Notes: a model not told the origin generated them from the sequence alone. 64,000 nucleotides of DNA from Bdellovibrionales bacterium (GCA_965200875.1 OZ241456.1:288001-352000); one strand, 5' to 3'. Positions 18,588-28,861 are shown, counted from the first letter of the stretch. Numbers and translations are program-made.

Positions 18588-19487
18588 ATGGAAACAGTTT
18601 TATTTTCTTCTGTAGAGGGTAATGGCCAGTGTCTAGACGGAGGGGCTATGTTTGGAAATGTTCCACGGGCACTTTGGTCTCGTTGGCAGGCCCCGGATTC
18701 TAAGGGGCGTATTCGTCTGGCCTGTCGCGTTTTGGTTATCGAAGCGGGAGGGCTTAAAATTTTGTGTGAAACAGGAATTGGGGCTTTTTTTGATCCAGCC
18801 TTGGCGGAAAGATACGGTGTACAAAATAGTGAAAGTCACGAATTGCTAAGAAATTTGAAAAACCTTGGTCTTCAGGAGGAAGATATTGATTATGTGATTT
18901 TATCGCATTTGCATTTCGATCACGCAGGTGGCCTACTTCCCTCTTATCAGGAACAAAAAGAAGGGAAAAGAGATCTTTGCTTTCCTCGTGCTTGTTATGT
19001 TGTGGGGAAAGAGGCTTTTGAAAGAGCGAGCATGCCTCATTTAAGAGACAAAGCCTCTTTTATTCCCGGTCTTACAGATAAACTAAAGCAAACCAACAGA
19101 TTGATAATTGTTGAAAATAATAAATTGCCTCATGTTTTGGGAAAAAATCTTTCTTTTGTGTTTACAGATGGGCACACCCCTGGTCAGATGCATGTTTTTT
19201 TTGAAGGGGAAGGAGGGGAAAAGATTTTTTTTGCTGGAGACTTGATTCCCGGTAAGGCTTGGGTGCATTTGCCGATCACGATGGGGTATGATCGTTTCCC
19301 GGAAAAACTTATAGAGGAGAAACAAAACATATACCGGAAAGCTGAAAAAGAAAACTGGATGATTTTTTTTACGCATGATCAAAACAAAGCTTTAGCGAGC
19401 ATCAGAAAAAATCAAGCTGGCCGTTACGAACCCTATAAGGAAAAAAACAATTTTGTAAAAAAAAGTTTAAGGGAATTGGCTGAATGA
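18588..19487 (+). CDS. MBL-fold metallo-hydrolase
   Basis: LDGGAMFG.VP, SHLHFDHAGG, GHTPG, GDLIP, MGYD; start moved to ATG 18588. Confidence 0.9.
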   Translation: METVLFSSVEGNGQCLDGGAMFGNVPRALWSRWQAPDSKGRIRLACRVLVIEAGGLKILCETGIGAFFDPALAERYGVQNSESHELLRNLKNLGLQEEDIDYVILSHLHFDHAGGLLPSYQEQKEGKRDLCFPRACYVVGKEAFERASMPHLRDKASFIPGLTDKLKQTNRLIIVENNKLPHVLGKNLSFVFTDGHTPGQMHVFFEGEGGEKIFFAGDLIPGKAWVHLPITMGYDRFPEKLIEEKQNIYRKAEKENWMIFFTHDQNKALASIRKNQAGRYEPYKEKNNFVKKSLRELAE

Positions 19488-19491
19488 AGAA

Positions 19492-19965
19492 TTATTTTAA
19501 AAGTGTTTTTTTAAGTTTCTCCAAAAGGTGAGAGCAACCATCTTCCAATAAAGAGATAATGTTTTTGAAGCTTTCTGTTTCTCCATAATAGGGATCGGGA
19601 ATAAAATCACAGGTTTTTCTTTTGCAAAAACTGGCCATTTTTAAAACTTTTTTTTCCTGTTCTGTATTTTGAGCTAAAGACAGGACATTTTCGTAGTTAT
19701 GATCATCCATTGTGATAATCCAGTCAAACCGGTTAAAATCCTCTTTTTCAAAAGTTCGGCTCAGGCTTTCAATATTGTGTCCTTTTGTTTTGGCTTCTTG
19801 GATCATTCTCGGATCTGCCGGGTGACCTGCATGATGCTCTGAGGTGCCTGCAGAATCGCAGGTGACCTGTTTCGTCAAACCTTCTTTTTCAAGAAAGGTA
19901 TTCATAATGGCTTCTGCCGCAGGGGAGCGACAGATATTTCCAAAACATACAAATAATATTTTCAT
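19492..19965 (-). CDS. Low-molecular-weight protein-tyrosine phosphatase
   Basis: ILFVCFGNICRSPAAE, DSAGT, IPDPYYG; start at ATG 19965 right after the icd stop. Confidence 0.95.
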   Translation of the reverse strand: MKILFVCFGNICRSPAAEAIMNTFLEKEGLTKQVTCDSAGTSEHHAGHPADPRMIQEAKTKGHNIESLSRTFEKEDFNRFDWIITMDDHNYENVLSLAQNTEQEKKVLKMASFCKRKTCDFIPDPYYGETESFKNIISLLEDGCSHLLEKLKKTLLK

Positions 19966-19966
19966 C

Positions 19967-21418
19967 TTAATTGTTTTGTGTAGCTGTAGAAAACCCGGGT
20001 TTTTCATCAAATAAGTATAAGTTTTCTGTTTTAATAAAATCCATATTGTTTTTCTGAAAGTCAGACAGCAGTTTAATAATATTTTCAGATTCAATGGGAG
20101 GGAAGTTGTCGTCTTTTATGAAACGGCAGCGCCAATGATCCGAAAGCAACACTTGGGAGGATTTCGTGGGCCAGACATTCACTCCTCGAGAGGAAATAGC
20201 CTCCAGTTTTAAAGAGTTTGTGATTTTTTGTATACTTTTTGCCAGTTCTTCAGGAGAGATGGGAGAGGCATCCATAAAAACATCCACCCCCACTAATGTT
20301 TTTTGTTCTTTTTTGTCTTTTTTTAAAGGTCTCAGGGTTGTTGTTGTTTTTTGGCTTGGATAGGAAACAGCCTTTAATTTTTTTGGTTTTTCCCCCAGTC
20401 GTTCTATTATAGCTGAAACAAATTCTTTTGTTCCCACTTTTTTTTGGCTTAAATTTTCCTGATAAATATCGTAAGTGTGTATGCCATCCTCTAGGGTTTT
20501 AAGCCAGGCATTCTGTATGCTTTCCGCCCGATCTTTTTGTTCGATATGGATCAACATTAAAACCGCAGCTTGCAGAAGACCAGAGGGGTTGGCTATGTTT
20601 TGTCCAGCTCTTCGGGGGGCTGAGCCGTGGATGGCTTCAAACATGGCATATTCCTCTCCAATGTTGGCAGAACCAGCCATACCCACCGAACCGCTGATTT
20701 GAGCGGCTACATCGGAAAGAATATCACCATATAAATTGGGCAAAACTAGCACATCAAAATTTTCCGGCGAATCAGCCAGTTTAGCTGAGCCTATATCCAC
20801 AATCCAGTGTTCTTTTTCCAGTTCTGGATATTGTTCCCCCACTTCCTCAAAAATTTTCCGAAAAAGCCCATCTGTTTTTTTCATAATGTTATCTTTCGTG
20901 AAGCAGGTGACTTTTTTACGCTTGTGTTCAAGTGCGTATTCGAAAGCAAAGCGATTGATTCTTCGGGAACCAGATTTGGAAATCAACTTAAGACATTGGA
21001 ACATTTCCTGGGTTTGCTGGTATTCAATACCGGTGTAAAGATCTTCTTCGTTTTCCCGGATAATAATCACATTCATGTTCGCGTGTTTGGTGGGAACAAA
21101 CGGATGGTAAGAAATACAAGGTCTTATGTTGGCGTAAAGGCCAAGTTTTCGCCGAATGGTTACATTCAGACTTCTAAAACCTCCTCCTTGGGGAGTGGTA
21201 ATAGGTGCTTTTAAAAATACTTTTGTTTTATAAAGGGAGTTCCATGACTTTTCTTCGATGCCAGTTTTAACGCCTTTATGATAAACAGTTTCACCAATTT
21301 CAATCACTTCTGGTATAATATCAGCCCCAGCCGCCTCCATTGTTTTTAACACAGCTTCCATGATTTCTGGCCCGATTCCGTTTCCATAAGCGACTGTTAT
21401 AGGTACTGATTGAGACAT
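19967..21418 (-). CDS. icd: NADP-dependent isocitrate dehydrogenase
   Basis: GIGPEI, KAPITTPQGGGFRSLNV, RENEEDLY, KDNIMK, NLYGDILSD, FEAIHGSAP. Confidence 0.96.
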   Translation of the reverse strand: MSQSVPITVAYGNGIGPEIMEAVLKTMEAAGADIIPEVIEIGETVYHKGVKTGIEEKSWNSLYKTKVFLKAPITTPQGGGFRSLNVTIRRKLGLYANIRPCISYHPFVPTKHANMNVIIIRENEEDLYTGIEYQQTQEMFQCLKLISKSGSRRINRFAFEYALEHKRKKVTCFTKDNIMKKTDGLFRKIFEEVGEQYPELEKEHWIVDIGSAKLADSPENFDVLVLPNLYGDILSDVAAQISGSVGMAGSANIGEEYAMFEAIHGSAPRRAGQNIANPSGLLQAAVLMLIHIEQKDRAESIQNAWLKTLEDGIHTYDIYQENLSQKKVGTKEFVSAIIERLGEKPKKLKAVSYPSQKTTTTLRPLKKDKKEQKTLVGVDVFMDASPISPEELAKSIQKITNSLKLEAISSRGVNVWPTKSSQVLLSDHWRCRFIKDDNFPPIESENIIKLLSDFQKNNMDFIKTENLYLFDEKPGFSTATQNN

Positions 21419-21552
21419 TATTTGAATCCTTTCTTTCAGATTTTTCTTAACCTCTATAAAAACAAATTTTATAGGGCATAATCAAGATAAAAATATTTTT
21501 TATCTTGAAAAGTGTTTCAAAGTACTTTATCACAGGTGGTTCGTTTAATGAT

Positions 21553-22803
21553 TCAGATGTTATAATCCACTTGTACAATGCGGGATTTTGGCAGGGCCTG
21601 ACAAGTAAGAATTTCCTGTTTTTCCATATTTTCATCTTCCAATATACCTCTTTCCTCTTGATGGATTTGTCCTTTTTTCAATACCGCCAGACAGGACATA
21701 CAGGAACCGGAAAGGCAGGAAAAAGGTGGAGAATATCCTGCAGAAAGCAGTTGTTCTAAAATGGGAATATCAGGAAGAGCTTCAATTTCAATTATTTCTT
21801 CGTTGAGAGAGGCCCTTATGATTTCCGGGTTGGCGGTTTCACTTTCTCCCTCTTTTCCCATGAGTAAAACCTCTGGTTTTTTATTCTGTTCCTCAGAGCT
21901 GGTGATTGGAGTTTCAAGGGATTGAGTGGACTTAAGGGATTCTTTATTATGTTCCGGTTCAGGATTTTTTTTTGTTGGCAAAGATAAAGCCTCGGAAGAT
22001 TTTTTTTGTGTTTCAGAAAGTTTTCTTTTTTGCTCTGCTGTGAAAAAGCTTTCCGTTTTAATTTGCTCTTTTTTTACTTGTTTTAAAAAGTTTTGCGCAA
22101 TTTGCATAAAACCCACCGGCCCACATAAATAGTACAAGCAATCGGGATGGCAAGTTTCAATATTTAAAAAATATTTTTTCAGATGTTCTGTTTTGAGTCT
22201 GCCGTAAAAGTGTTGTCCGGTTTTTTTTTCTCGGCTTAAAATATGTGTGATACTGAACCGGTTGTTAAAACGAGCGGACCAGTCCTTCAGTTCTTTATGA
22301 TAGATAATGGAGGATTCATCTCTATTGGCATATAGTAAATGAACTTTATTTTCCGGATCACTGATAAGAACAGTTTTAATAATGGAGAAAAGAGGGGTGA
22401 TGCCACTTCCACCCGCAAAGAGAAAATAGTGCTTTGGCTTAAGATCTTTTGGAGGTTTGAAAAATCGTCCGGCTGGTTTTCGAGATAAAATACTGTCTCC
22501 CGGTTGTAAATGATCTATCATGTAATTGGAAACCACCCCTTCCGGCACTCTCTTGACAGTGGTTTTCAGTTCCTCGTTTAGAAGGGGGCAGGAGGAAAGA
22601 GAGTAGCTTCTTAAAAACCTCTCACCTTTGATTTTGAAGTCAAAAGTAAGAAATTGAGCGGGAGTGTAAATAAAAAGAGATCTGTATTCCTGAGGAATTT
22701 CAAATACGAAAGAAAAACTGTCTTTTGTTTCTTGTATTTTCTTTTTGATTTTTACAGAATAAGTTTTTAAAGCCGGTCTTGCCGGTGGATTTTTTGGCCT
22801 CAT
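21553..22803 (-). CDS. FAD/NAD-binding oxidoreductase with C-terminal 2Fe-2S ferredoxin (PaaE-like)
   Basis: RSYSLSS, AGGSGITP, YLCGP..FM, FSCLSGSCMSC..LTCQA; ATGA overlap with dapF. Confidence 0.9.
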   Translation of the reverse strand: MRPKNPPARPALKTYSVKIKKKIQETKDSFSFVFEIPQEYRSLFIYTPAQFLTFDFKIKGERFLRSYSLSSCPLLNEELKTTVKRVPEGVVSNYMIDHLQPGDSILSRKPAGRFFKPPKDLKPKHYFLFAGGSGITPLFSIIKTVLISDPENKVHLLYANRDESSIIYHKELKDWSARFNNRFSITHILSREKKTGQHFYGRLKTEHLKKYFLNIETCHPDCLYYLCGPVGFMQIAQNFLKQVKKEQIKTESFFTAEQKRKLSETQKKSSEALSLPTKKNPEPEHNKESLKSTQSLETPITSSEEQNKKPEVLLMGKEGESETANPEIIRASLNEEIIEIEALPDIPILEQLLSAGYSPPFSCLSGSCMSCLAVLKKGQIHQEERGILEDENMEKQEILTCQALPKSRIVQVDYNI

Positions 22804-23669
22804 AAAGTATCTGCTCCTTTTTTTAAATATATTGCTTTTTCCTCTATCCATTTTACAGGGGACATAAGAGAGATTTCATTATCAGAATGAAAACTGATTT
22901 TCAACCTCCCCCCCGGCATTTCCACAAAAACAGACTCTAGATCAACATTCTGTTGGCGACATACTTCCGCTACAGCCAACGCACCAGTTCCACAGGCTGG
23001 GGTAAAATCCTCCACGCCTCTTTCAAAACTGCGCGCAAAAACTTGCTCTGGCAGTGAGATATTTTCTTCTTTTTTCAGCCAGTAAAAAGACACATTCATT
23101 CCCTTTTTATGGTGGGTGGTTTGTTTTCTTAAAAATTTTGCCAAACTCTTCTTCTGTTCCCAGTTTTTTTCTTTACAGTTCAGAGAATTTTGAATTTTAA
23201 TTACGGCATGTGGAACTAAGCTGTTTATAAATTGATATTGTATTTTTTTATTCTGAAAACCTATTTCAAAAGGTCCTTGAATGTTTGGCTTCCATCCAAG
23301 AAAGATACGTGCAGAGCCTTTAAACAAATCCCCTTTTATTTTACCAGCTTTGGTTTCCAATGAAAAAAAAGAATTTTTTGAAGATATCAATTTTTTTTTA
23401 AACACATAATCTGTTACACAACAGGCGGCATTTCCACACATTTCCGCAGAAGAACCATCCGCATTGTAAAAAAGCCATTTGAAATCACAAGTGTTTGAGG
23501 GCTTTAAAATCACCAGCCCGTCCGCTTTTTTAAGCTGGCAAAGGGTTTTAGCGATCTGTGGGCCGGCTTGTTTCAAATCGTAAGCAATAAGGGGAAAATA
23601 GGCAATCCAAAAGCTATTTTCGGCCCCACTCATTTTTGTCCATATTGTTTTATCTTTACGGGTGAACAT
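22800..23669 (-). CDS. dapF: Diaminopimelate epimerase
   Basis: KMSGAENSF, ADGL, NADGSSAEMCGNA, PHAV, FERGVE..TPACGTG. Confidence 0.93.
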   Translation of the reverse strand: MFTRKDKTIWTKMSGAENSFWIAYFPLIAYDLKQAGPQIAKTLCQLKKADGLVILKPSNTCDFKWLFYNADGSSAEMCGNAACCVTDYVFKKKLISSKNSFFSLETKAGKIKGDLFKGSARIFLGWKPNIQGPFEIGFQNKKIQYQFINSLVPHAVIKIQNSLNCKEKNWEQKKSLAKFLRKQTTHHKKGMNVSFYWLKKEENISLPEQVFARSFERGVEDFTPACGTGALAVAEVCRQQNVDLESVFVEMPGGRLKISFHSDNEISLMSPVKWIEEKAIYLKKGADTL

Positions 23670-23815
23670 GGTTTGTATATCTTTCGTTCCTTATTTTGGT
23701 TTTTTATGGCTAAATCCACGGGTTGCTTTAATTTACCTTTTCTGCATGGAAAAAGCAAAGTCAGGAAACCCTCTGCAAAATTGCTTGAAAAAACAATGTG
23801 TTTTTCAGATAAAAT

Positions 23816-23842
23816 TAAATTTTCATAAAATAATTCCGATAA
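23816..23842 (+). promoter_or_regulatory. Sigma-28 (FliA)-like promoter
   Basis: TAAA-N15-TCCGATAA, about 100 nt upstream of the lipoprotein gene at 23941. Confidence 0.55.
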
Positions 23843-23940
23843 GAAAGTATGTGTTGAGTCACTTTATGCAAGCTTATTTTGCTAGACAAAAAGCAAAGCC
23901 CGGCAGAATATGAGTTTTATAATTTTTTAGAGGTGATTGA

Positions 23941-24312
23941 ATGTGGAAAAATCGCATTTTTATTTTTTTGAGCATTTGTCTTTTTTTTGGGTTTTTATTT
24001 CATAACTGTGCTCCTTTAGCGGAGCAAGGGGGATTTCAGGATCCAAAAATAAGTATATTTAATTCGGAAACTCCTAAAAAAAACAATCAGGATAATGACG
24101 AGGAAGGTGATGACGAGGAAGGTGATGACGAAGAAGAAGGTGACGAAGAAGAAGGTGATGATAAAGAAAATGACGACAAAGAAGATGATGAAGATAGTGA
24201 TGAAGAGGAAAGTAAAGATGACAAATCCGGAAACGATGAACCAGGGCCTGAGTTTTTTGATTCAGAAACAGCAGAAACCGGATCACCCCCCGGTATAAGT
24301 AGTTTATACTAG
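23941..24312 (+). CDS. Small lipoprotein with acidic low-complexity repeats
   Basis: Hydrophobic signal ending FHNC; DDEEG repeats. Confidence 0.7.
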   Translation: MWKNRIFIFLSICLFFGFLFHNCAPLAEQGGFQDPKISIFNSETPKKNNQDNDEEGDDEEGDDEEEGDEEEGDDKENDDKEDDEDSDEEESKDDKSGNDEPGPEFFDSETAETGSPPGISSLY

Positions 24313-24330
24313 TGGCCCGTGAAAAAGTCT
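24310..24330. repeat. Solo terminal inverted repeat end of MITE-like family B
   Basis: TAGTGGCCCGTGAAAAA matches rc of TTTTTCACGGGCCATTA (39873-39889) except one base. Confidence 0.55.
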
Positions 24331-24341
24331 AATTTTTACAT

Positions 24342-24689
24342 TTATTGTAAGTAAGGAAACCTTTTAAAATGTTCCATTTGCATTTTTCTTACGGGAGAGT
24401 CTATATGGTTTATTAATTGTCTAATGACATTTTTTGCTTTATTTTTTGCGTTTTTGCAAACATCAAATAAATTATCCCCTTCAGATTGAATTTTAATGTT
24501 AAAGGCTGAAGGTGCTAAAATAAAAGTTAAAAAATATCTTGGCTGGTTTTCGGGGCTTTGGTTTTTTTCCAAAATTACGGCGATAGATCTTCCATCTCTG
24601 GTTGGAAGAGGCTTTAATTCCAAAGCTTGTTGATATACAAAAGCTTTTTCCTCACCGGAAGGTTCTATTAAGTTATTTTTATTTTTCAT
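24342..24689 (-). CDS. Hypothetical protein
   Basis: 115-aa ORF with GAGGG RBS filling the intergenic gap. Confidence 0.65.
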   Translation of the reverse strand: MKNKNNLIEPSGEEKAFVYQQALELKPLPTRDGRSIAVILEKNQSPENQPRYFLTFILAPSAFNIKIQSEGDNLFDVCKNAKNKAKNVIRQLINHIDSPVRKMQMEHFKRFPYLQ

Positions 24690-24914
24690 TACCCTCTAAA
24701 CATGGGTGCTTTCAGCTATTTTGTCAAGTTTTACCGTTGGCTTCGGTGTTTGATAATAAATAAAGTGACAATATCCTGCCTTTTTGATAATCAATCCTAT
24801 AAAAATTATACACGCATGTAATTTTTACTCAAGGTGTGGTAAAAAACCGCTTTATAATTTTTCAGTCGTTTCCCAAGTGAAAGCTTATTTTGGCAAAAAA
24901 CATTTGGAGGTTTT

Positions 24915-25613
24915 ATGGAACAGGATCAGGTGCGTTTATCTAACAGCTGGAAACAAAGATTAATACCAGAGTTTCAACAACCTTATATGCGGGATCTGAA
25001 AAAATTTCTCATTCAGGAAATAAAATCAAAAAAAGTTATTTATCCTCGTCCTCATGAATATTTTTCTGCTCTGGATGCTGTATCTTTTGAAAATGTAAAA
25101 GTGGTGATTCTCGGCCAGGATCCTTATCATGGCCCTGGACAGGCTCATGGCCTTTGTTTTTCTGTTCGTCCTTCTGTTTCCCCTCCCCCTTCTCTTGTGA
25201 ATATTTTTAAGGAATTGCAATCTGATCTCAAGTGTTCAAAGCCCCGGCATGGTTGTTTGAAAGCCTGGGCCCGTGAAGGAGTGTTGCTTTTAAATGCCAC
25301 TTTAACAGTAGAGGCTTTTAAGGCTGGCTCTCATCAAAACAAAGGATGGGAGACTTTTACGGATCGGGTGATTCATCTGCTGAATGAGGAAAGGGAGCAT
25401 TTGGTGTTCATGCTCTGGGGCAGTTTTGCTCAGCGAAAAGGGGCTTTTATTGATGCGAAAAAGCATTTGGTATTGAAAGCTTCACATCCGTCTCCTTTTT
25501 CTGCGGAAAAGGGTTTTTTCGGTTGCGCTCATTTTTCCAAAGCTAATGCCTATTTAAATCTGCACGGAAAAGGAGAAATTGATTGGAGGCTCCCTGAAAA
25601 TGAAGGGCTTTAA
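24915..25613 (+). CDS. ung: Uracil-DNA glycosylase
   Basis: VVILGQDPYHGPGQAHGLCFSV, PPSLVNI, GVLLLN, HPSPFS. Confidence 0.98.
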   Translation: MEQDQVRLSNSWKQRLIPEFQQPYMRDLKKFLIQEIKSKKVIYPRPHEYFSALDAVSFENVKVVILGQDPYHGPGQAHGLCFSVRPSVSPPPSLVNIFKELQSDLKCSKPRHGCLKAWAREGVLLLNATLTVEAFKAGSHQNKGWETFTDRVIHLLNEEREHLVFMLWGSFAQRKGAFIDAKKHLVLKASHPSPFSAEKGFFGCAHFSKANAYLNLHGKGEIDWRLPENEGL

Positions 25614-27243
25614 GTTGGTCAAAAAAAAGTTTTTTAAGTTTTACCGGTTATTTGCGGACTTCAGGTATTTCAGGTCTTTTTGGTGTTTGGTGCTTTTTTC
25701 CGGGTTTTGTTTCGGGGAAACCAGAAAGCTGGTTTATTGTGCAGAGGGAAGTCCCAGTTTTTTTAACCCTCAAATGGCCTCAGATGGTCCCTCTCTTGTT
25801 ATTGGTATGGGAATGTATGATCGTTTGGTGGAGTTTGAAAAACAAATAGGTGGTGTCAAGCCCGGATTGGCGGTTTCTTGGTCTGTTTCTAAAGATCAAT
25901 TAACTTATACTTTTCGTTTACGAAAAAATGTGTCTTTCCATACCACCTCTTATTTTAAGCCTACCCGTTTCTTTAATGCGGATGATGTGATTTTTTCCTT
26001 TAACCGGCAAATGGATAAAACAAATCCTTATCATTTGATAAACGGAGGTGGTTATTCTTATTTCAGCTCTTTGGGTATGGGGACTTTGATTAAGAGGGTT
26101 TTAAAAAAAGATCCTTATACTGTACAAATTGTTTTAAACAAAAAAGATGTGACCTTTTTAAGGAATTTGGCAATGGAGTTTTCCAGTATTTTATCAAAAG
26201 AGTATGCGGATTATTTGTTGAAGATCAAAAAACCTGAGTCTTTGGATTTTCGTCCTATTGGAACAGGCCCTTTTGTGTTTAAGCAATATATCAAGGATAG
26301 TGTGGTTCGTTTGGAAAATCATCAAAAATATTTTCGGGGAGCTTCGAAGTTGGGAGGGATTGTTTCCGCTATTGTTCCGGAAAGCAGTGTGCGGTTTCAA
26401 AAATTAAAAGTGGGGGAATGTGATTTAATGCTACAGCCATCTCCTCTAGATTTGCCATCCGTGAAAAAATATCCTCGTATGAAATTGGTGAAAGGAAAAA
26501 GCTATAATGTTGCTTATCTGGCTATGAATACACAAAAAGGTCCTTTCAAAAAATTAAAGGTGCGAAAGGCTGTTCATCATGCTCTTAATCGCCAGCTTTA
26601 TATTAAAGCCATTTATCAGGGCTATGCGGAGGTGGCGAAAAATCCTTACCCTGCCGGCCTGTGGTCTTACAATCATCAGGTGAAAGATTATGAATACTCC
26701 GTTAAAAAAGCTAAAAAACTGTTAAAATCAGCAGGGTATGAAAAAGGCTTTAAAACCACTATGTGGACTTTACCTATTGCTCGCCCATATAATCCGAATG
26801 GAAAAAAAATGGGGGAATTAATGCAGGCGGATTTGGCAAAAGTGGGTATTGATGTGAAGCTTATCAGTTATGACTGGCCCACTTATATCAGCCGGGCGCG
26901 TAAAGGGGAGCATGATATGATTCAGTTTGGCTGGATTAGTGACAATGGAGATCCGGATAACTTTTTAAGAGTTCTTTTAAGTTGTGGTTCTGTTCATTCT
27001 GGAGTGAATGTGGCTCGTTGGTGTTTTCCGCCTTTTGATCGTATAATCCAGAAAGCTCTTCAGGAAACGGATCAAAAAACTCGATCGAGCTTTTATAAAA
27101 AAGCGCAAATTCTTTTTAAAGAGCAGGTTCCCTGGGTGACTCTCTCGCACACTTATAATTATGCCGTTATGTCAAAAAAGGTACAGGGTTACACACCAGC
27201 CCCTTTTGGTTCCACCTCTTTTTATCCTGTTTATTTTCAATAG
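25600..27243 (+). CDS. dppA: Dipeptide ABC transporter substrate-binding protein
   Basis: VYCAEGSPSFFNPQ, PGLAVSW, PIGTGPF, RPYNPN, GWISDNGDPDNF; GGAGG RBS before ATG 25600. Confidence 0.93.
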   Translation: MKGFKLVKKKFFKFYRLFADFRYFRSFWCLVLFSGFCFGETRKLVYCAEGSPSFFNPQMASDGPSLVIGMGMYDRLVEFEKQIGGVKPGLAVSWSVSKDQLTYTFRLRKNVSFHTTSYFKPTRFFNADDVIFSFNRQMDKTNPYHLINGGGYSYFSSLGMGTLIKRVLKKDPYTVQIVLNKKDVTFLRNLAMEFSSILSKEYADYLLKIKKPESLDFRPIGTGPFVFKQYIKDSVVRLENHQKYFRGASKLGGIVSAIVPESSVRFQKLKVGECDLMLQPSPLDLPSVKKYPRMKLVKGKSYNVAYLAMNTQKGPFKKLKVRKAVHHALNRQLYIKAIYQGYAEVAKNPYPAGLWSYNHQVKDYEYSVKKAKKLLKSAGYEKGFKTTMWTLPIARPYNPNGKKMGELMQADLAKVGIDVKLISYDWPTYISRARKGEHDMIQFGWISDNGDPDNFLRVLLSCGSVHSGVNVARWCFPPFDRIIQKALQETDQKTRSSFYKKAQILFKEQVPWVTLSHTYNYAVMSKKVQGYTPAPFGSTSFYPVYFQ

Positions 27244-27274
27244 CCGAGCCTGAATAAGTCCATGTGGAAAAGTA

Positions 27275-27386
27275 CTCTTACCAATACTTCACCGCTCGGG
27301 CTCAAACATGCGTTTTGCCACGCGCGCGTCTTCCAGACGCGCCGTGCTCAAAGCCGAACTCGCCTCGCGGTGAGTATCGGTAAGAG
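27275..27386. repeat. Dispersed structured repeat family A, most complete copy
   Basis: CTCTTACCAATACTTCACCGC pairs with GCGGTGAGTATCGGTAAGAG; inner hairpin GCGCGTCT-TCC-AGACGCGC; GC-rich against an AT-rich background. Confidence 0.85.
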
Positions 27387-27468
27387 CTGTTTCACTGATA
27401 CTTTTTGCAAGAAAACAAAGGTTGTGTTGTAAAACATTGCAATTTTTTCCGAATCTTTCCGTGGGGAT

Positions 27469-27729
27469 TTAAAATGAACCGGGTTCGGCACATGTTCCAT
27501 CTTCCAATGTGATATAACAGCCATCAGGGTTTCGAACAGGAGAGGGTGGTCCTCTCGTTTTGGCAGGCCCCCGTGTTGCATCTCTCCCTGTGGCTGAATC
27601 CTTTTTTTCAGAAATGTATATTTGATATAAATACATACAGCCTGATAATATTCCAAAAGAGATAATACAGGTTAAAAAATATTTAAAAATTGTATTTTTA
27701 AGTTCCATTATTGTATTTTTAAGTTCCAT
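27469..27729 (-). CDS. Small putative lipoprotein between dppA and dppB
   Basis: MELKNTI duplicated, hydrophobic stretch ending LSGC, C-terminal Cys pair. Confidence 0.5.
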   Translation of the reverse strand: MELKNTIMELKNTIFKYFLTCIISFGILSGCMYLYQIYISEKKDSATGRDATRGPAKTRGPPSPVRNPDGCYITLEDGTCAEPGSF

Positions 27730-27790
27730 TTTATCATTTTCTTCACTGTCAGGCAACAAAGGTCATGGAACAAGGGCCAGAGAGTCGTTC

Positions 27791-28861
27791 TTGACAGGTT
27801 ACAGAATATACAGCCAAAATAAGAAAAAGTCAGAGGTTCTTTTGTTTCGTTTTTTATGTCGAAGATTTTTATCTGTAATTTTCACTTTATTGGTTTGTAC
27901 TGTTTTGGTGTTTTTTATCGTGAGATTGATTCCAGGGGACCCTGTGGATCATTTATTAGGGGAAAGAGGGGCTGATCCAGAATTAAAACAGGAGCTGATA
28001 GTCAAATGGGGTTTGGATCGCCCTTTGTATAAGCAATACTTTATTTTCATTTTTCGAGGGTTAAAAGGGGACTTAGGTCATTCTCTTGTTTCGGGTCGCT
28101 CTGTATTGGAGGAGTTTAAAAGTCGCTTTCCCGCTACAGTGGAGCTTTCTTTTTTTGCCCTGTTTTTTTCTTTGTTGGTGGGTATTCCATTGGGTTTTTT
28201 ATCTGCTTTAAAAGCGGATTCTGTTTGGGATTTTATCTGTTCCGGCTTTTCTCTTATGGGTTATTCTGTATCGGTGTTTTGGTGGGGGTTGATTTTAATT
28301 CTTTTCTTTTCCGTGTATTTGGGTGTTACGCCTGTTTCTGGGCGTATGGATGTTCTGTATGAGATAGAACCTGTTACAGGTTTTATGTTGATAGACTCTT
28401 GGTATAGCTCGGATGGATTTTTGGCTTTTAAAAGTGCGGTCCGGCATTTGATACTCCCTGTGTTAACTTTGGGCACAATTCCTCTCGCTTATTTCACACG
28501 TATAATTCGGTTTAATGTATTGGAAATTCTTAAAGAAGACTTTATCCGCACCGCTAAAGGAAAAGGTCTTGGGATATATCGTGTGTACTTTGTACACGCC
28601 TTTGGAAATGTTTTCATTTCTCTGATTACGGTGACAGGTTTGATGTTAGGAACATTACTAGCGGGAGCAGTTTTGACAGAAACTGTATTTTCTTGGCCGG
28701 GAATAGGCAGGTGGCTAGTGCAGGCGGTTTTAGCCAGGGACTACCCGGTTTTGCAGGGAGGGATTTTGCTTGTTGCCGTTATTGTAGTGGTGGTTAATTT
28801 GCTTGTGGATGGACTTTATTTCCTAGCGGATCCTCGTATAAAAACTTCTTTGGAGGGGTGA
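27791..28861 (+). CDS. dppB: Dipeptide ABC permease
   Basis: LIPGDP, GLDRPLY.QY, FPATVEL, FIRTAKGKGL, TETVFSWPGIG, RDYP; true start probably slightly downstream. Confidence 0.93.
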   Translation: MTGYRIYSQNKKKSEVLLFRFLCRRFLSVIFTLLVCTVLVFFIVRLIPGDPVDHLLGERGADPELKQELIVKWGLDRPLYKQYFIFIFRGLKGDLGHSLVSGRSVLEEFKSRFPATVELSFFALFFSLLVGIPLGFLSALKADSVWDFICSGFSLMGYSVSVFWWGLILILFFSVYLGVTPVSGRMDVLYEIEPVTGFMLIDSWYSSDGFLAFKSAVRHLILPVLTLGTIPLAYFTRIIRFNVLEILKEDFIRTAKGKGLGIYRVYFVHAFGNVFISLITVTGLMLGTLLAGAVLTETVFSWPGIGRWLVQAVLARDYPVLQGGILLVAVIVVVVNLLVDGLYFLADPRIKTSLEG

